The notes beneath the pieces are model-generated. The model made no database searches. It was not told the DNA's origin and saw only the letters and a list, made by a program, of their open reading frames with translations. Source: an uncultured Bacteroidia bacterium (GTDB lineage Bacteria > Bacteroidota > Bacteroidia > Bacteroidales > F082). Taken from it: 64,000 nt of DNA. Positions 1 through 9,711 of the stretch are shown here, in pieces (the first letter of the stretch is position 1; every line of letters begins with the position of its first letter). The stretch lies in the NCBI GenBank assembly GCA_913009755.1, contig CAJVWU010000001.1:60494-124493 (forward strand). Reading direction: 5' to 3'. The position numbers were made by a program, and so were the translations under genes.

Positions 1-611
1 TCGAAAAAAGTAAAAAATCGCTTATCCTTTCCCAAACATTCAAATATTCTCAAAATGCCGATTACATTTCTTTGAACAAACAAAAAGAATTGACGCTGTT
101 ACAGGTTAATCTTGCAAAATCAGCATATATGCCAACCCTGGCGGCCAGAGTTAATTACCAAACGCAGGCTCAACGCAATTCCTGGGACTTTTTCAGTTCC
201 GAAGGCAAGTGGTATCAAAGTGGGGCGTTGGGCATTACACTGGACGTGCCGATACTTTCAAGCGGACAACGAAAAGCAAAAGTCAAACAGGCAAAAATTG
301 CTTTCGAACAGGTTGAGATCAGTGAAAAACAATTGGTAACCACACTCAACCTTCAATACCAAACAGCAAAAAATGAGTACCTGAACGCTTATCGTGTTTA
401 TCAAAACAAAGACAAAGCACGAAAAATAGCCGATAAGATTTTTACCAAGACCAGCGTGAAATTTAAAGAGGGCATGTCATCCAGTTTGGATATTTTAAAC
501 ACACAAACCCAATACCTGAAAGCGGAACAAGATTTTATTACGGCCTCACTCACCCTGCTGAAAGCCGGAGAAGACCTGAAAAAGCTATTGACCAATGCCA
601 TTAATCCCTGA
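1..611 (+). CDS. TolC-family outer-membrane efflux protein, C-terminal part (5' end outside window)
   Basis: Frame 3 is open from nt 3 to TGA 609-611. The tail (LNLQYQTAKNEYLNAYRVYQNK, LDILNTQTQYLKAEQDFITASL) looks like the OMF/TolC helical repeat. It sits upstream of the MFP and RND genes. Confidence 0.8.
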   Translation, partial: EKSKKSLILSQTFKYSQNADYISLNKQKELTLLQVNLAKSAYMPTLAARVNYQTQAQRNSWDFFSSEGKWYQSGALGITLDVPILSSGQRKAKVKQAKIAFEQVEISEKQLVTTLNLQYQTAKNEYLNAYRVYQNKDKARKIADKIFTKTSVKFKEGMSSSLDILNTQTQYLKAEQDFITASLTLLKAGEDLKKLLTNAINP

Positions 612-615
612 AACC

Positions 616-1227
616 ATGAATGAGAAACGAATAGAGATAATTGAAAAAGTCCGTGAGCTTTATGATAAATACGGTATCAGAAGCGTAACGATGGATGATG
701 TAGTTCACGAGATGGGCATTTCAAAAAAAACGCTGTATCAATATTTTTCCGATAAAACGGAATTGGTATCGGCCGTGATGGACAGTGCTTATGAAAAAAG
801 AAAAAATAGTATGATCAGTGCACTGGAAGGCAACGAAAATGCAGTTGAAGAAATGCTTACCTATTATGGCCTTCAGATGAAAATGATCAAAGACCATAAA
901 CCGACGGTGATTTATGACCTGAGAAAATATTATCCTGAGATTTATGCCAAAGTTACCGACAGAAAAAGAAACCACATCTACGAAAGTGTCCTTTTAAACC
1001 TGAAAAGGGGGAAAAAGGAAAGTTTATACAGGGATGACATTAACGAGGAAATTATTGCCCGGATGAACCTTATGCGTGTGGAAGCCATTATGTCATCGGG
1101 GATTTTCACACACGAAGAGATTATGGCCCCCGCATTTTTTAAGGAAATTTTTACCTATCACATGTATGGGATAGTCAATGATAAAGGAAGAAAAATATTA
1201 GAACAAAATCTTGATAAATTCATATAA
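616..1227 (+). CDS. TetR/AcrR-family transcriptional regulator
   Basis: N-terminal HTH GIRSVTMDDVVHEMGISKKTLYQYFSDKTELV. ATG 616 is preferred. ATG 595 would overlap the TolC stop. Confidence 0.85.
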   Translation: MNEKRIEIIEKVRELYDKYGIRSVTMDDVVHEMGISKKTLYQYFSDKTELVSAVMDSAYEKRKNSMISALEGNENAVEEMLTYYGLQMKMIKDHKPTVIYDLRKYYPEIYAKVTDRKRNHIYESVLLNLKRGKKESLYRDDINEEIIARMNLMRVEAIMSSGIFTHEEIMAPAFFKEIFTYHMYGIVNDKGRKILEQNLDKFI

Positions 1228-1228
1228 A

Positions 1229-2377
1229 ATGCTGAAAATCATGAAAAAACTTATTGTCTTGATCTTTATAAGTGTTTTACTGGCTTCTTGTGGCAATCAC
1301 GAAAACGATGCGGCGGCAATTAAAAAACAAATACGGGATTACCGGGAAGATATTGTTTCGCTCAACGATAAAATTGAAAAACTAAAGACAAAATTGGATG
1401 CTCTTGGCGACAGTAGCGATATGGCCAATGCCATTAAGGTAAGGGTTGAAAATGCTGCTGTAAAACCTTTTTCCGAATATTTTGAAGCCATTGGCGAAGT
1501 AGAGGCCAGGGATGAAGCATTCATCAGCCCGGAAGTTGCCGGACAGATTATCTCCATCTTTGTTAAAGAAGGACAAAAAGTAAAGAAAGGCCAACTGCTG
1601 GCCAAACTGGACACCAAAGTGATTGAAAAAAATATGGATGACGTGAAAACCCAGTTGGAATATGCAGAAACCCTATATAACAAACAAAAGCAACTTTGGG
1701 ACAAAAATATCGGTTCCGAACGGCAGTATCTGGACAGCAAAAATAAATATCAAACTCTGAAAAACAAACTGGCCACCCTTCAGGCCCAATACAATAGGTC
1801 GCTCATTCATTCACCCATTAACGGGTATGTGGAAGAATTGCTCCAGCAAAAAGGGGAACTGGCCACACCGGGCATACGGATGATGCATATTGTTGACCTT
1901 GATAAGTTGAAAGTTACGGCCATGATTTCAGAAGCCCACCTGCCCTCAATTCGCCCGGGTGAAATGGTTGATATCACTTTTCCCACTTTTCCCGGGATTA
2001 AATTCCACAAACCCATCACGCTTATTGGCAAGGTGGTAAACAAGCAAAACCGGACTTTTAAAATACAGGTTGAACTGGAAAACAGCGATGGAAAATTAAA
2101 ACCCAATTTGCTGGCAAACATCAGGATCAACAATTACAATTCCGACACCAACATTGTCATCCCTTCACTTGTGATCAGGGAAGACATGAAGGGATCGTAT
2201 CTTTATGTTGCCGAAAAAGAGGGCAACCACCGGGTGGCCAAAAAGAAATATCTTAAAGTCGGACGGTCTTACCGGAACAAAAGTGAAATCCTTTCGGGAT
2301 TAAACGTAGGCGACAAAGTGATTACTGACGGTTATAGCAATGTTTCGGACGGGACGATAATAAGTATTGCAGGATAA
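1229..2377 (+). CDS. RND efflux periplasmic adaptor subunit (MFP/HlyD family), lipoprotein
   Basis: Lipobox LLASC follows MKKLIVLIFISV (alternative start 1241). It has a coiled-coil segment plus a beta-barrel/lipoyl-like segment (GQLLAKLD, INGYV). It lies directly upstream of the RND pump. Confidence 0.9.
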   Translation: MLKIMKKLIVLIFISVLLASCGNHENDAAAIKKQIRDYREDIVSLNDKIEKLKTKLDALGDSSDMANAIKVRVENAAVKPFSEYFEAIGEVEARDEAFISPEVAGQIISIFVKEGQKVKKGQLLAKLDTKVIEKNMDDVKTQLEYAETLYNKQKQLWDKNIGSERQYLDSKNKYQTLKNKLATLQAQYNRSLIHSPINGYVEELLQQKGELATPGIRMMHIVDLDKLKVTAMISEAHLPSIRPGEMVDITFPTFPGIKFHKPITLIGKVVNKQNRTFKIQVELENSDGKLKPNLLANIRINNYNSDTNIVIPSLVIREDMKGSYLYVAEKEGNHRVAKKKYLKVGRSYRNKSEILSGLNVGDKVITDGYSNVSDGTIISIAG

Positions 2378-2430
2378 AAAAACACGTGCCAATCTCAACC
2401 CATTTACTTAAATAACTTTTGAAAAAGATC

Positions 2431-5400
2431 ATGGAAAACGAAAAGGATAAAAGCAAAAAAGTAATCAGGACCTTTTGGCTCTCCAACTGGGCTTTAAAAA
2501 ACAAAACCACCGTTTACCTTTTGTTGGTGGTAATAATTGCTTTTGGGCTATACTCTTATATCTCCCGCCCGAAAGAGCTGTTTCCCGAGATTAACTTTCC
2601 AACCGTCATGGTACAAACGGTTTATCCCGGAAACCCGCCTGTTGACATTGAAAACCTCATCACACGGCCCATCGAAAAGGAGGTGGAATCCCTAAAGGGA
2701 ATTAAAAAAATGACTTCCCTGTCGAGCCAGGATGTTTCCGGCATATTCATTGAGTTTCAACCCAACGTGGACATTAATAAAGCTTTGCAGGATGTAAAGG
2801 ATGCTGTGGACAAGGCGAAAAACGATTTGCCCGACGACCTGCGCGAAGACCCTTCGGTTACGGATATTGACCTTTCCGAATTCCCGGTTGTCAACATAAA
2901 CCTCAGCGGTGATTTTAACGTGAACGAACTGAAAGAATATGCCGAAGAACTGAAAGATGAAATCGAAACAATTTATGAAGTCTCCAAAGTAAACATTACC
3001 GGCATAACCGACCGCGAAGTGCGCATCAACCTGAACCCTTTTAAAATGAGCGCCCTCAAGGTGAGCTATACCGATGTTGAAAATGCCGTAAAACGCGAAA
3101 ATGTTTCCATGTCGGGCGGCGACATTAAAATGGGAAAAATCCGGCGTACCATCCGCCTTGTGGGTGAGTTTAAACACCCTTCCGAAATAGATAACATCAT
3201 CGTAAAAAGTGAAAAAGGAAACATCGTTTACATGAGGGACATCGGATCGGTGGAATTCGGCTTTGCTGATCGCGACAGTTATGCACGTTTGAATAATCAA
3301 CCGGTTGTTTCGTTGCAGGTTATTAAAAAAAGCGGAGAAAACCTGCTGTCAACCATTGCCCAGGTCAACAAAATCCTGAAGAAGGCGCAGAACGACAATA
3401 CGTTACCCGAAAAACTGGTGGTTACCATCACCAACGATCAGTCGAAAACCGTTAAGTTGCAACTCAGCAACCTGGAAAACAGCATCATCATGGGGATGAT
3501 CTTTGTCATCATCATCTTGTTCCTTTTCCTGGGAACACGAAACTCACTGATTGTTGGGCTTGCCATCCCCATGTCCATGTTCCTTTCGTTCCTGGTCATG
3601 GGGCTTCTGGGCTACAACATCAACATGATTGTTTTATTTGCCCTGATCCTTGCCCTGGGGATGCTGGTTGATAATGCCATCGTGGTAACGGAAAACATGT
3701 TCAGGTATGTCCAGCGGGGATATTCCAGGATGGAGGCTGCCCGGCAGGCTACCGGTGAAGTGGCTGTCCCCATCATTTCATCAACGGCCACCACCCTGGC
3801 TGCCTTTGTGCCGTTGTTGTTCTGGGACAGCACAATCGGTAAGTTTATGAGCTATCTGCCCGAAACCCTGATTATTGTGCTTACCTCATCCCTGGTGGTC
3901 GCCCTGGTTATTGTCCCGGTTGTGTTTAACGATTTTTATAAAAAAGGAGCCAATGTGGTATTACCCAAACGCAGAAAACATTTGATTGCAATCATCATTT
4001 TGGTATTGCTCGCCATGATATTCTTTGCATTGAAGGTTAACTGGATGGGAACCCTTCTTCTGGCTTTTGCATTCATCGGCCTGCTGGATTTGCTTTTCCT
4101 CTCGCGGCTGGCCTTATGGTTTCAGAAAGTTGGCCTGGTGTGGCTCGAAAATACCTACCTGAAGTTTGTCACTTTTGCCCTGAACGGAAAAAACCCTTAC
4201 TTGTTAATTGCAGGCACTTTTGTGCTGATGATTGTAACCATGGTTTTCTATTTTAACTCAAACCCCAACATCGTTTTCTTTCCCCAGCCTGACCCCAAAC
4301 TGATCAATATTGTTACCGAGATGCCTATCAATACCGATATTGATGTAACCGATTCGGCCATGAAAGTAATTGAGAAAAAAGTGTTTGTTGTCCTTAAACC
4401 CGATATGAAGATCGTTAATTCGGTACTGACCACGGTTGGAAAAGGTGCCGTTGGCGAAAATGCGGGTTTTGGCGGAAGGACAGGTGGATCAAACAAAGGG
4501 CTGATCACCATTAATTTTGTGGAATATGAGGACCGGGGGGGGATAAGCACCCGTAAAATCCAACATGATTTGGAAAAAAACTTTGTGGGACAGTATCCGG
4601 GCATCATCATTTCCGTTGAAGGACAAAAACACGGGCCACCCACCGGAAAACCCATCAACCTGGAAATTCACGGTAAAGATTTCAGGACCTTATTGTTTTT
4701 GTCCGATACCATCCGCTCGGTGATCAATGCTGCCGGAATACCGGGCATTGAAGCCCTGAAAATTGACCTGGATGTGGGCAAGCCCGAATTGCTGGTGAAC
4801 ATAAACCGGGAAAAAGCCAGGCGTTACGGCCTTTCCACAAGCCAGATTGGTGACGCTATACGAACGGCATTGTTCGGAAAAGAGATATCCGATTTTAAAC
4901 AAGGGGAAGACGAATATAAGATCAGGATGAAACTGGCAGACAAATACCGGTATAACCTGGAAGACCTTATCAACCAAAGGATTACCTTCAGGAGTCAGGC
5001 CAGCGGTAAAATCATCCAGGTGCCCATTTCGGCAGTGGCCGATTTTACATACAGTTCAACCTACGGGGCCATTAAACGGATTGACCGTGACCGGGTGGTT
5101 ACCATTTATTCAAATGTACTGGAAGGATATAACGCCAACAACATTAATGTTGAACTGAAAAAGATAATGGGACAATTTAAACTTCCGGCAGGTGTTACCT
5201 ACAAATTTACAGGCGAACAGCAAGACCAGCAGGAATCCATGTCTTTTCTTGAAACCGCCCTGCTGATTGCCGTTTCGCTGATTGCCCTTATTTTGGTCAC
5301 CCAGTTCAATTCGTTTGTCAAACCGGCCATGATCATCTTTACGGTAGTGCTGAGCACCATTGGTGTATTTGGCGGGCTGGCCACCTTTAAAATGGATTTC

Positions 5401-5871
5401 ATTGTGGTTATGACCGGAATAGGCATTGTATCGCTGGCCGGTGTTGTGGTGAACAATGGCATTGTACTGATTGATTATATCGGCCTTTTGAAACAACGAA
5501 AGCGTAAAGAACTTGGATTGCCCGATGGCGCCAATCTGCCAAAAGACATTGCCAAAGAATGTATTGTCGAAGGCGGCAAAACCCGCTTGCGCCCCGTATT
5601 ATTAACGGCTATCACTACTATCCTGGGGCTGTTTCCGCTGGCTGTCGGCCTGAACATTGACTTTGTTTCGTTCCTGAACACCTTCAACCCGAAAATTTAT
5701 TTCGGCGGCGACAATGTGGCTTTCTGGGGCCCGCTGAGCTGGACGGTGATTTTCGGACTGAGCTTCGCCACTTTCCTCACCTTGATTCTTGTACCGTCAA
5801 TGTATCATGTTTTGGTACTGGGGCAGACCAAAATGAAGAATGTCTTCAATAAAAATAAAACGGGAAAATAG
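2431..5871 (+). CDS. RND efflux transporter permease (AcrB/HAE1-like)
   Basis: About 1146 aa with a two-fold repeat of TM bundles and large periplasmic loops. Motifs ALGMLVDNAIVVTEN and GIVSLAGVVVNNGIVLIDY are present. ATG 2431 is preferred over TTG 2419. Confidence 0.95.
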   Translation: MENEKDKSKKVIRTFWLSNWALKNKTTVYLLLVVIIAFGLYSYISRPKELFPEINFPTVMVQTVYPGNPPVDIENLITRPIEKEVESLKGIKKMTSLSSQDVSGIFIEFQPNVDINKALQDVKDAVDKAKNDLPDDLREDPSVTDIDLSEFPVVNINLSGDFNVNELKEYAEELKDEIETIYEVSKVNITGITDREVRINLNPFKMSALKVSYTDVENAVKRENVSMSGGDIKMGKIRRTIRLVGEFKHPSEIDNIIVKSEKGNIVYMRDIGSVEFGFADRDSYARLNNQPVVSLQVIKKSGENLLSTIAQVNKILKKAQNDNTLPEKLVVTITNDQSKTVKLQLSNLENSIIMGMIFVIIILFLFLGTRNSLIVGLAIPMSMFLSFLVMGLLGYNINMIVLFALILALGMLVDNAIVVTENMFRYVQRGYSRMEAARQATGEVAVPIISSTATTLAAFVPLLFWDSTIGKFMSYLPETLIIVLTSSLVVALVIVPVVFNDFYKKGANVVLPKRRKHLIAIIILVLLAMIFFALKVNWMGTLLLAFAFIGLLDLLFLSRLALWFQKVGLVWLENTYLKFVTFALNGKNPYLLIAGTFVLMIVTMVFYFNSNPNIVFFPQPDPKLINIVTEMPINTDIDVTDSAMKVIEKKVFVVLKPDMKIVNSVLTTVGKGAVGENAGFGGRTGGSNKGLITINFVEYEDRGGISTRKIQHDLEKNFVGQYPGIIISVEGQKHGPPTGKPINLEIHGKDFRTLLFLSDTIRSVINAAGIPGIEALKIDLDVGKPELLVNINREKARRYGLSTSQIGDAIRTALFGKEISDFKQGEDEYKIRMKLADKYRYNLEDLINQRITFRSQASGKIIQVPISAVADFTYSSTYGAIKRIDRDRVVTIYSNVLEGYNANNINVELKKIMGQFKLPAGVTYKFTGEQQDQQESMSFLETALLIAVSLIALILVTQFNSFVKPAMIIFTVVLSTIGVFGGLATFKMDFIVVMTGIGIVSLAGVVVNNGIVLIDYIGLLKQRKRKELGLPDGANLPKDIAKECIVEGGKTRLRPVLLTAITTILGLFPLAVGLNIDFVSFLNTFNPKIYFGGDNVAFWGPLSWTVIFGLSFATFLTLILVPSMYHVLVLGQTKMKNVFNKNKTGK

Positions 5872-5976
5872 TGCGTGTTCTTGTCATGGTTATATCTGGG
5901 AATTTTTTTCTGAATAGTTGCCAATTAACGGGTACTTTTCTGTCTGGTGATGATAAATTTGTTTTGGACACAAATT

Positions 5977-6717
5977 TTAAAGATTAATTATCTCAGCCTC
6001 ATAATTAAAGTAGTCGGAAAGAGATTTCCCGGAAAAATTTGTCAGGCGTTTTGTTTGTTGAATTGTATAATGACTATGATTTATAAATTTTTCAGTTTCC
6101 TTAATTAATTGATCTAAAAAGTCTTGCGCCGGAAGTACTTTATTTATCAGACCCATCTCATAAGCTTCGTTTGCAGTAAAAGAATCCTTCATTAAAAACT
6201 CCATGGCCATCGAATGGTGAAGGGAATTGGAAAGAAAAAAAGGTAACCCACCGCTTGGATGCAACCTAAATTTATTATGGGCCATGATGTATATTGTGCC
6301 TTCCCGGGAATAGATTAAGTCTGCAACAAAAGCTATACCGACAAAGGGCGTTACAACTGAACCTTGTGTGCCTTAAACTACAATTATATTAAGGTTTACC
6401 AGGGATTTAATAAAGCGGTTCAGAATATTGATCTCCCGAAACCTGACATTTTTTTGATGAAAATCTGGTGTTACTGATTGATCCCCTTCCTTTGATTGAG
6501 CCATGATTCGTTTTAAAAATTTATCATAATTGTCCTCATTTACACAATCGGGATCATGGTAGAAAACGAGCGCTTTAATTTCAGTACTACTTGAAATATT
6601 TTCAAGAAAATTCATCAATTCGCCGCTTAACTCAACATCAGAAATAAAGTCAAAAACATTTTTTTTTAATTCTGACGATCGAAATTGCATCCTTTTTGGA
6701 TATTTCGAAAAATTCAT
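5977..6717 (-). pseudogene. Enoyl-CoA hydratase/isomerase (crotonase) family gene interrupted by one in-frame TAA
   Basis: ORFs 6373-6717 and 5977-6285 are in the same frame (6717-6285=432). Codon-by-codon reading shows the only interruption is TAA at 6373-6375 (..NLNIIVV*GTQGSVVTPFVGIAFVADLIYS..). The joined product of about 246 aa has crotonase length and a C-terminal ANEAYEMGLINKVLP segment. Confidence 0.7.
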
Positions 6718-6775
6718 TGTCGGTTAGTTTGTTCATGATTTTAGTTTTTTATACTATAAATAAATGATTTCTTTT

Positions 6776-8137
6776 TTAAAAACTATACTTTACTTTTAGG
6801 AACCCCATATCATAACCAATAAGGTTGTTAAACAAGTTATCGCCTTTTCCGGTAAAAACATAAGCCCCCAATTGAATTTCGGCATTATCAACAGGTTTGT
6901 ATATGATAGAAGGTGCCCAGATAACAGCATAATTGTTGCTGATGTCATTCCAGTCGGAAACAACAAATCCACCGGTCAGGGGTTCAATTTTCAATTTATC
7001 TTCAAAGAAAGTTTTGTTATACCCAAGCATGAAATAATCATTCTGGTTGCCCCTGCCCCGTTCATTGATGAATCCGTGCAAGTATTGAAAATTTATATAG
7101 GAACCGTCACGAAAAGTATAATCCATCCCTAGAACAAATTTGAGGTACAACTCATTATCAACGATAAGACTGTCCATTTCCGGGAGCGGTTGTCCGGCAA
7201 TGTCATTGGTCATTACGACCTTTCTGTCCGGTAAAAAACCGGCTGCCTCGCCCCATATACCCACACCACCAATACTACCTGCGAAATCGGCACCGAAAAT
7301 ACTTTGCCTGTAAAAACCAGTTGTTGCACGAACATTAACCCCTCCTTCAAGATTGACCGGGGTAATACTATTGTGCAAAGGTGCAGCCAACCCGTCAAAG
7401 CCGTAAACATAGCTTATTGAAAAGTCGAAACCACCAAGAAAGGCTTTAAAGCGCGCGCCTGTTGTAGCACTTTGTGTGAGGCCAAACACAGGCATGACTA
7501 AACTGTCGGATGCGGAAACAATATATGCAGGAGGTGGAAGTTGCATTTCCGGTGTAAGGGCAACAGCAAAAACGCCAATGGGCATGGTAGCGGGTTGAAA
7601 TAAGGGAATGTAAACTGCCTGTAATGAAAAATCACTGGAAAAATAGTAAATGGCATTAATACCTATTGACCCGTTATGTCGTCCAAAATCCATTATATCT
7701 TCAAGGTCATACGGGTTTAAATTATCGGTGGGATTTAGCTTATCGGCAGTTCCCCACGCAATACGTTGTTTTCCAATCTTTACATCCAGATTTTTACTGA
7801 GCAAGCCGTAAAATTCCACATAGGCTTCCCTGACAGAAAGATTATAAGGATCAACAATATCCTTGTTATAAAGTTCGGAGGCAGAAGCGATTTTTGGTAA
7901 ACCAAGATTCCTTAGCCAAACCTCTGTATAAAATTTTGCCCGGTTTTTAAATTTGGCCTCAAGTTTTAAGTTCAAGCGATTTTCATTCCATGCCCACAAC
8001 CCTTGATCCTTTAACAAAAAACGTTCATCTGTTAAAATATTGCCACTGAATTTTACTTTATTTTCCTGTGCTTTTACAGAGCCGGAAATCATGATAATCA
8101 GGAATATGAATACATAAATTATTTTTATTCGTTTCAT
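6776..8137 (-). CDS. Outer-membrane beta-barrel protein (DUF1302-like/porin-like, assignment from memory)
   Basis: Signal peptide MKRIKIIYVFIFLIIMISGSVKAQ. Alternating aromatic/polar strands throughout. It has GKQRIAWGTADKLNPTDNLNPYD and a C-terminal F (..LKVKYSF). Confidence 0.55.
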   Translation of the reverse strand: MKRIKIIYVFIFLIIMISGSVKAQENKVKFSGNILTDERFLLKDQGLWAWNENRLNLKLEAKFKNRAKFYTEVWLRNLGLPKIASASELYNKDIVDPYNLSVREAYVEFYGLLSKNLDVKIGKQRIAWGTADKLNPTDNLNPYDLEDIMDFGRHNGSIGINAIYYFSSDFSLQAVYIPLFQPATMPIGVFAVALTPEMQLPPPAYIVSASDSLVMPVFGLTQSATTGARFKAFLGGFDFSISYVYGFDGLAAPLHNSITPVNLEGGVNVRATTGFYRQSIFGADFAGSIGGVGIWGEAAGFLPDRKVVMTNDIAGQPLPEMDSLIVDNELYLKFVLGMDYTFRDGSYINFQYLHGFINERGRGNQNDYFMLGYNKTFFEDKLKIEPLTGGFVVSDWNDISNNYAVIWAPSIIYKPVDNAEIQLGAYVFTGKGDNLFNNLIGYDMGFLKVKYSF

Positions 8138-8141
8138 AGGA

Positions 8142-8828
8142 TTATTTTATTAAGATTAATTTTTTTAGCGATTTAACTATTAAATCAAAATTCTTTAACA
8201 CTGTTAAACTAATTTGATGACCTTCTTTTACAAACTCTGTCATAGCCTTAGATGTTGAGGTTTTGTTAAACTTTGTCGGGTGTTTTAGTCCGCTTAACAT
8301 GACATATTTTACTCTTTTGCCTTGTGATTGGTAATAAAGATTAATAAGTGTTTCAACTCCAAAACGTGACTTTTTCATTTTATCAACGAGCCGTAATACA
8401 TCTTTTTTCAATAATGCCCGTTCGCCTGTAAATGATTTAAATGGGTTTATGCTATAGTTGATCAATGTTTCGGTTGCCTGGCCAAGAACCATATCAGCTT
8501 CTTTATGTATAACCGGCATGAGTAATTCAAACAAGTGATCATCAATTAAGTTTGATAAATCAGCATCAATAAAAACAATGATATCACCCGTCGCATTTTC
8601 AATACCGGTTGCCATGGCAAAGCCTTTTCCTTTGTTTTTCTTCAGGTGAATTGCATTTATATCAATCGTTTGTTGTAACCTTTCTATAATACTGCTTGTT
8701 TGATCAAACGAACCATCATTCACAACAATCATTTCGTTAATCAACGGGTATTCAATGACTGCGCGGATCACATTTTCCAAAGTTTTTTCCTCATTAAATA
8801 CACATATAACCGCACTTACCTTTTTCAT
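8142..8828 (-). CDS. Family 2 glycosyltransferase (polyprenol-phosphate/lipid GT-like)
   Basis: VSAVICVFNEEKTL, VVNDGSFDQT and IVFIDADL (DxD) motifs. The small size of about 228 aa is typical of Dpm1/GtrB-like GT2 enzymes. Confidence 0.85.
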   Translation of the reverse strand: MKKVSAVICVFNEEKTLENVIRAVIEYPLINEMIVVNDGSFDQTSSIIERLQQTIDINAIHLKKNKGKGFAMATGIENATGDIIVFIDADLSNLIDDHLFELLMPVIHKEADMVLGQATETLINYSINPFKSFTGERALLKKDVLRLVDKMKKSRFGVETLINLYYQSQGKRVKYVMLSGLKHPTKFNKTSTSKAMTEFVKEGHQISLTVLKNFDLIVKSLKKLILIK

Positions 8829-9703
8829 TGAATTTCTTTGTTTTTATCAAACTTTTCTAAAAGTTCACGTGTAACAATCCTGCCTGTTTCAACAAGCTCT
8901 TTGGCCTTGTGGAAATCAAAAGTGCCGCAGGTTTGCCCGGATATATTAATGAGCAGATCGGGCGGGTTCATTTCAAGTGTCAGTTTTGATATTTGTGACA
9001 ACATCAGGCTTGTTGAAGTAACCATTAACTGAAAATAACCAATACTTTCCTTATTATTTACGGGAATAAGTTGTGCAAGTTTTTCCCGGAATATTTTTAA
9101 CCGGCCATTGGTTAAATGATCTTTATTTTCAATTTTTGTGCTTCTATGGACAGGGATTTGTGCATTCACATTGACAGCCACAAGCAAATCACCTTCTCTC
9201 CTCTTTACATGGTTCACCGGTACCGGGTTTAAAACACCACCATCAACAAAGTGCAGGCCTTCAATTTTGGTAGGTGTAATTACCAAGGGGATAGAAATAG
9301 ATGCCCTGATGGCTTCCCATAAACTCCCGGTTGAAAACACTTTTTCTTTTTTATTGCGGATATCAGTTGCTATCGCTGTAAAAGGTATGGGCAAGTCTTC
9401 AATTTTCTGATCGGGAATAAATGTCTTGATCTTTTTCAATACTTTGTCTGCTTTTATTATGCCACTTGTACTCAAAGTAAAGTCAACCAAATTAAATACA
9501 TCCATCCTGTCCAAAGCACACAACCATTCTTCATATTCGTCCAGTTTTCCTGAAGCATAAACCCCGCCAACCAATGCGCCCATTGACGAACCTGAAATGG
9601 AAGTAATCTCGTATCCATGACTAATAAGTTCACGGATCACCCCAATGTGCGCTGCTCCACGGGCTCCGCCACTTCCTAAAACAAGAGCTACTTTCTGTTT
9701 CAT
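8825..9703 (-). CDS. Patatin-like phospholipase
   Basis: Oxyanion box GSGGARGAAHIGV, nucleophile elbow GSSMG and catalytic Asp in VDGGVLNPVP. It overlaps the downstream GT2 start by 4 nt. Confidence 0.9.
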   Translation of the reverse strand: MKQKVALVLGSGGARGAAHIGVIRELISHGYEITSISGSSMGALVGGVYASGKLDEYEEWLCALDRMDVFNLVDFTLSTSGIIKADKVLKKIKTFIPDQKIEDLPIPFTAIATDIRNKKEKVFSTGSLWEAIRASISIPLVITPTKIEGLHFVDGGVLNPVPVNHVKRREGDLLVAVNVNAQIPVHRSTKIENKDHLTNGRLKIFREKLAQLIPVNNKESIGYFQLMVTSTSLMLSQISKLTLEMNPPDLLINISGQTCGTFDFHKAKELVETGRIVTRELLEKFDKNKEIQ

Positions 9704-9711
9704 TTTTCAAC

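Noticed and set aside
2692-3300. Long antisense ORFs in the track, inside well-supported genes. Examples: 2692-3300, 4248-4658, 16567-17034, 23355-23855, 25519-26046, 37606-38112, 45565-46152, 50141-50545 and 53105-53584.
   Set aside because: They lie fully within and opposite to genes with strong family motifs. Their translations are low-complexity or compositionally odd with no recognisable domains. They are shadow ORFs.
5872-5976. Search for direct repeats (att-like) at the two edges of the AT-rich island (5872-5976 versus 16169-16301).
   Set aside because: No shared sequence of 10 nt or more was found by eye. This needs a computational check, so no mobile-element call is made.
6373-6375. 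The in-frame TAA could indicate stop-codon reassignment.
   Set aside because: TAA terminates ordinary genes in the same window at positions that give normal-length products (for example TetR at 1225-1227, the cyclophilin gene and rplY). A genome-wide recoding is therefore not supported.
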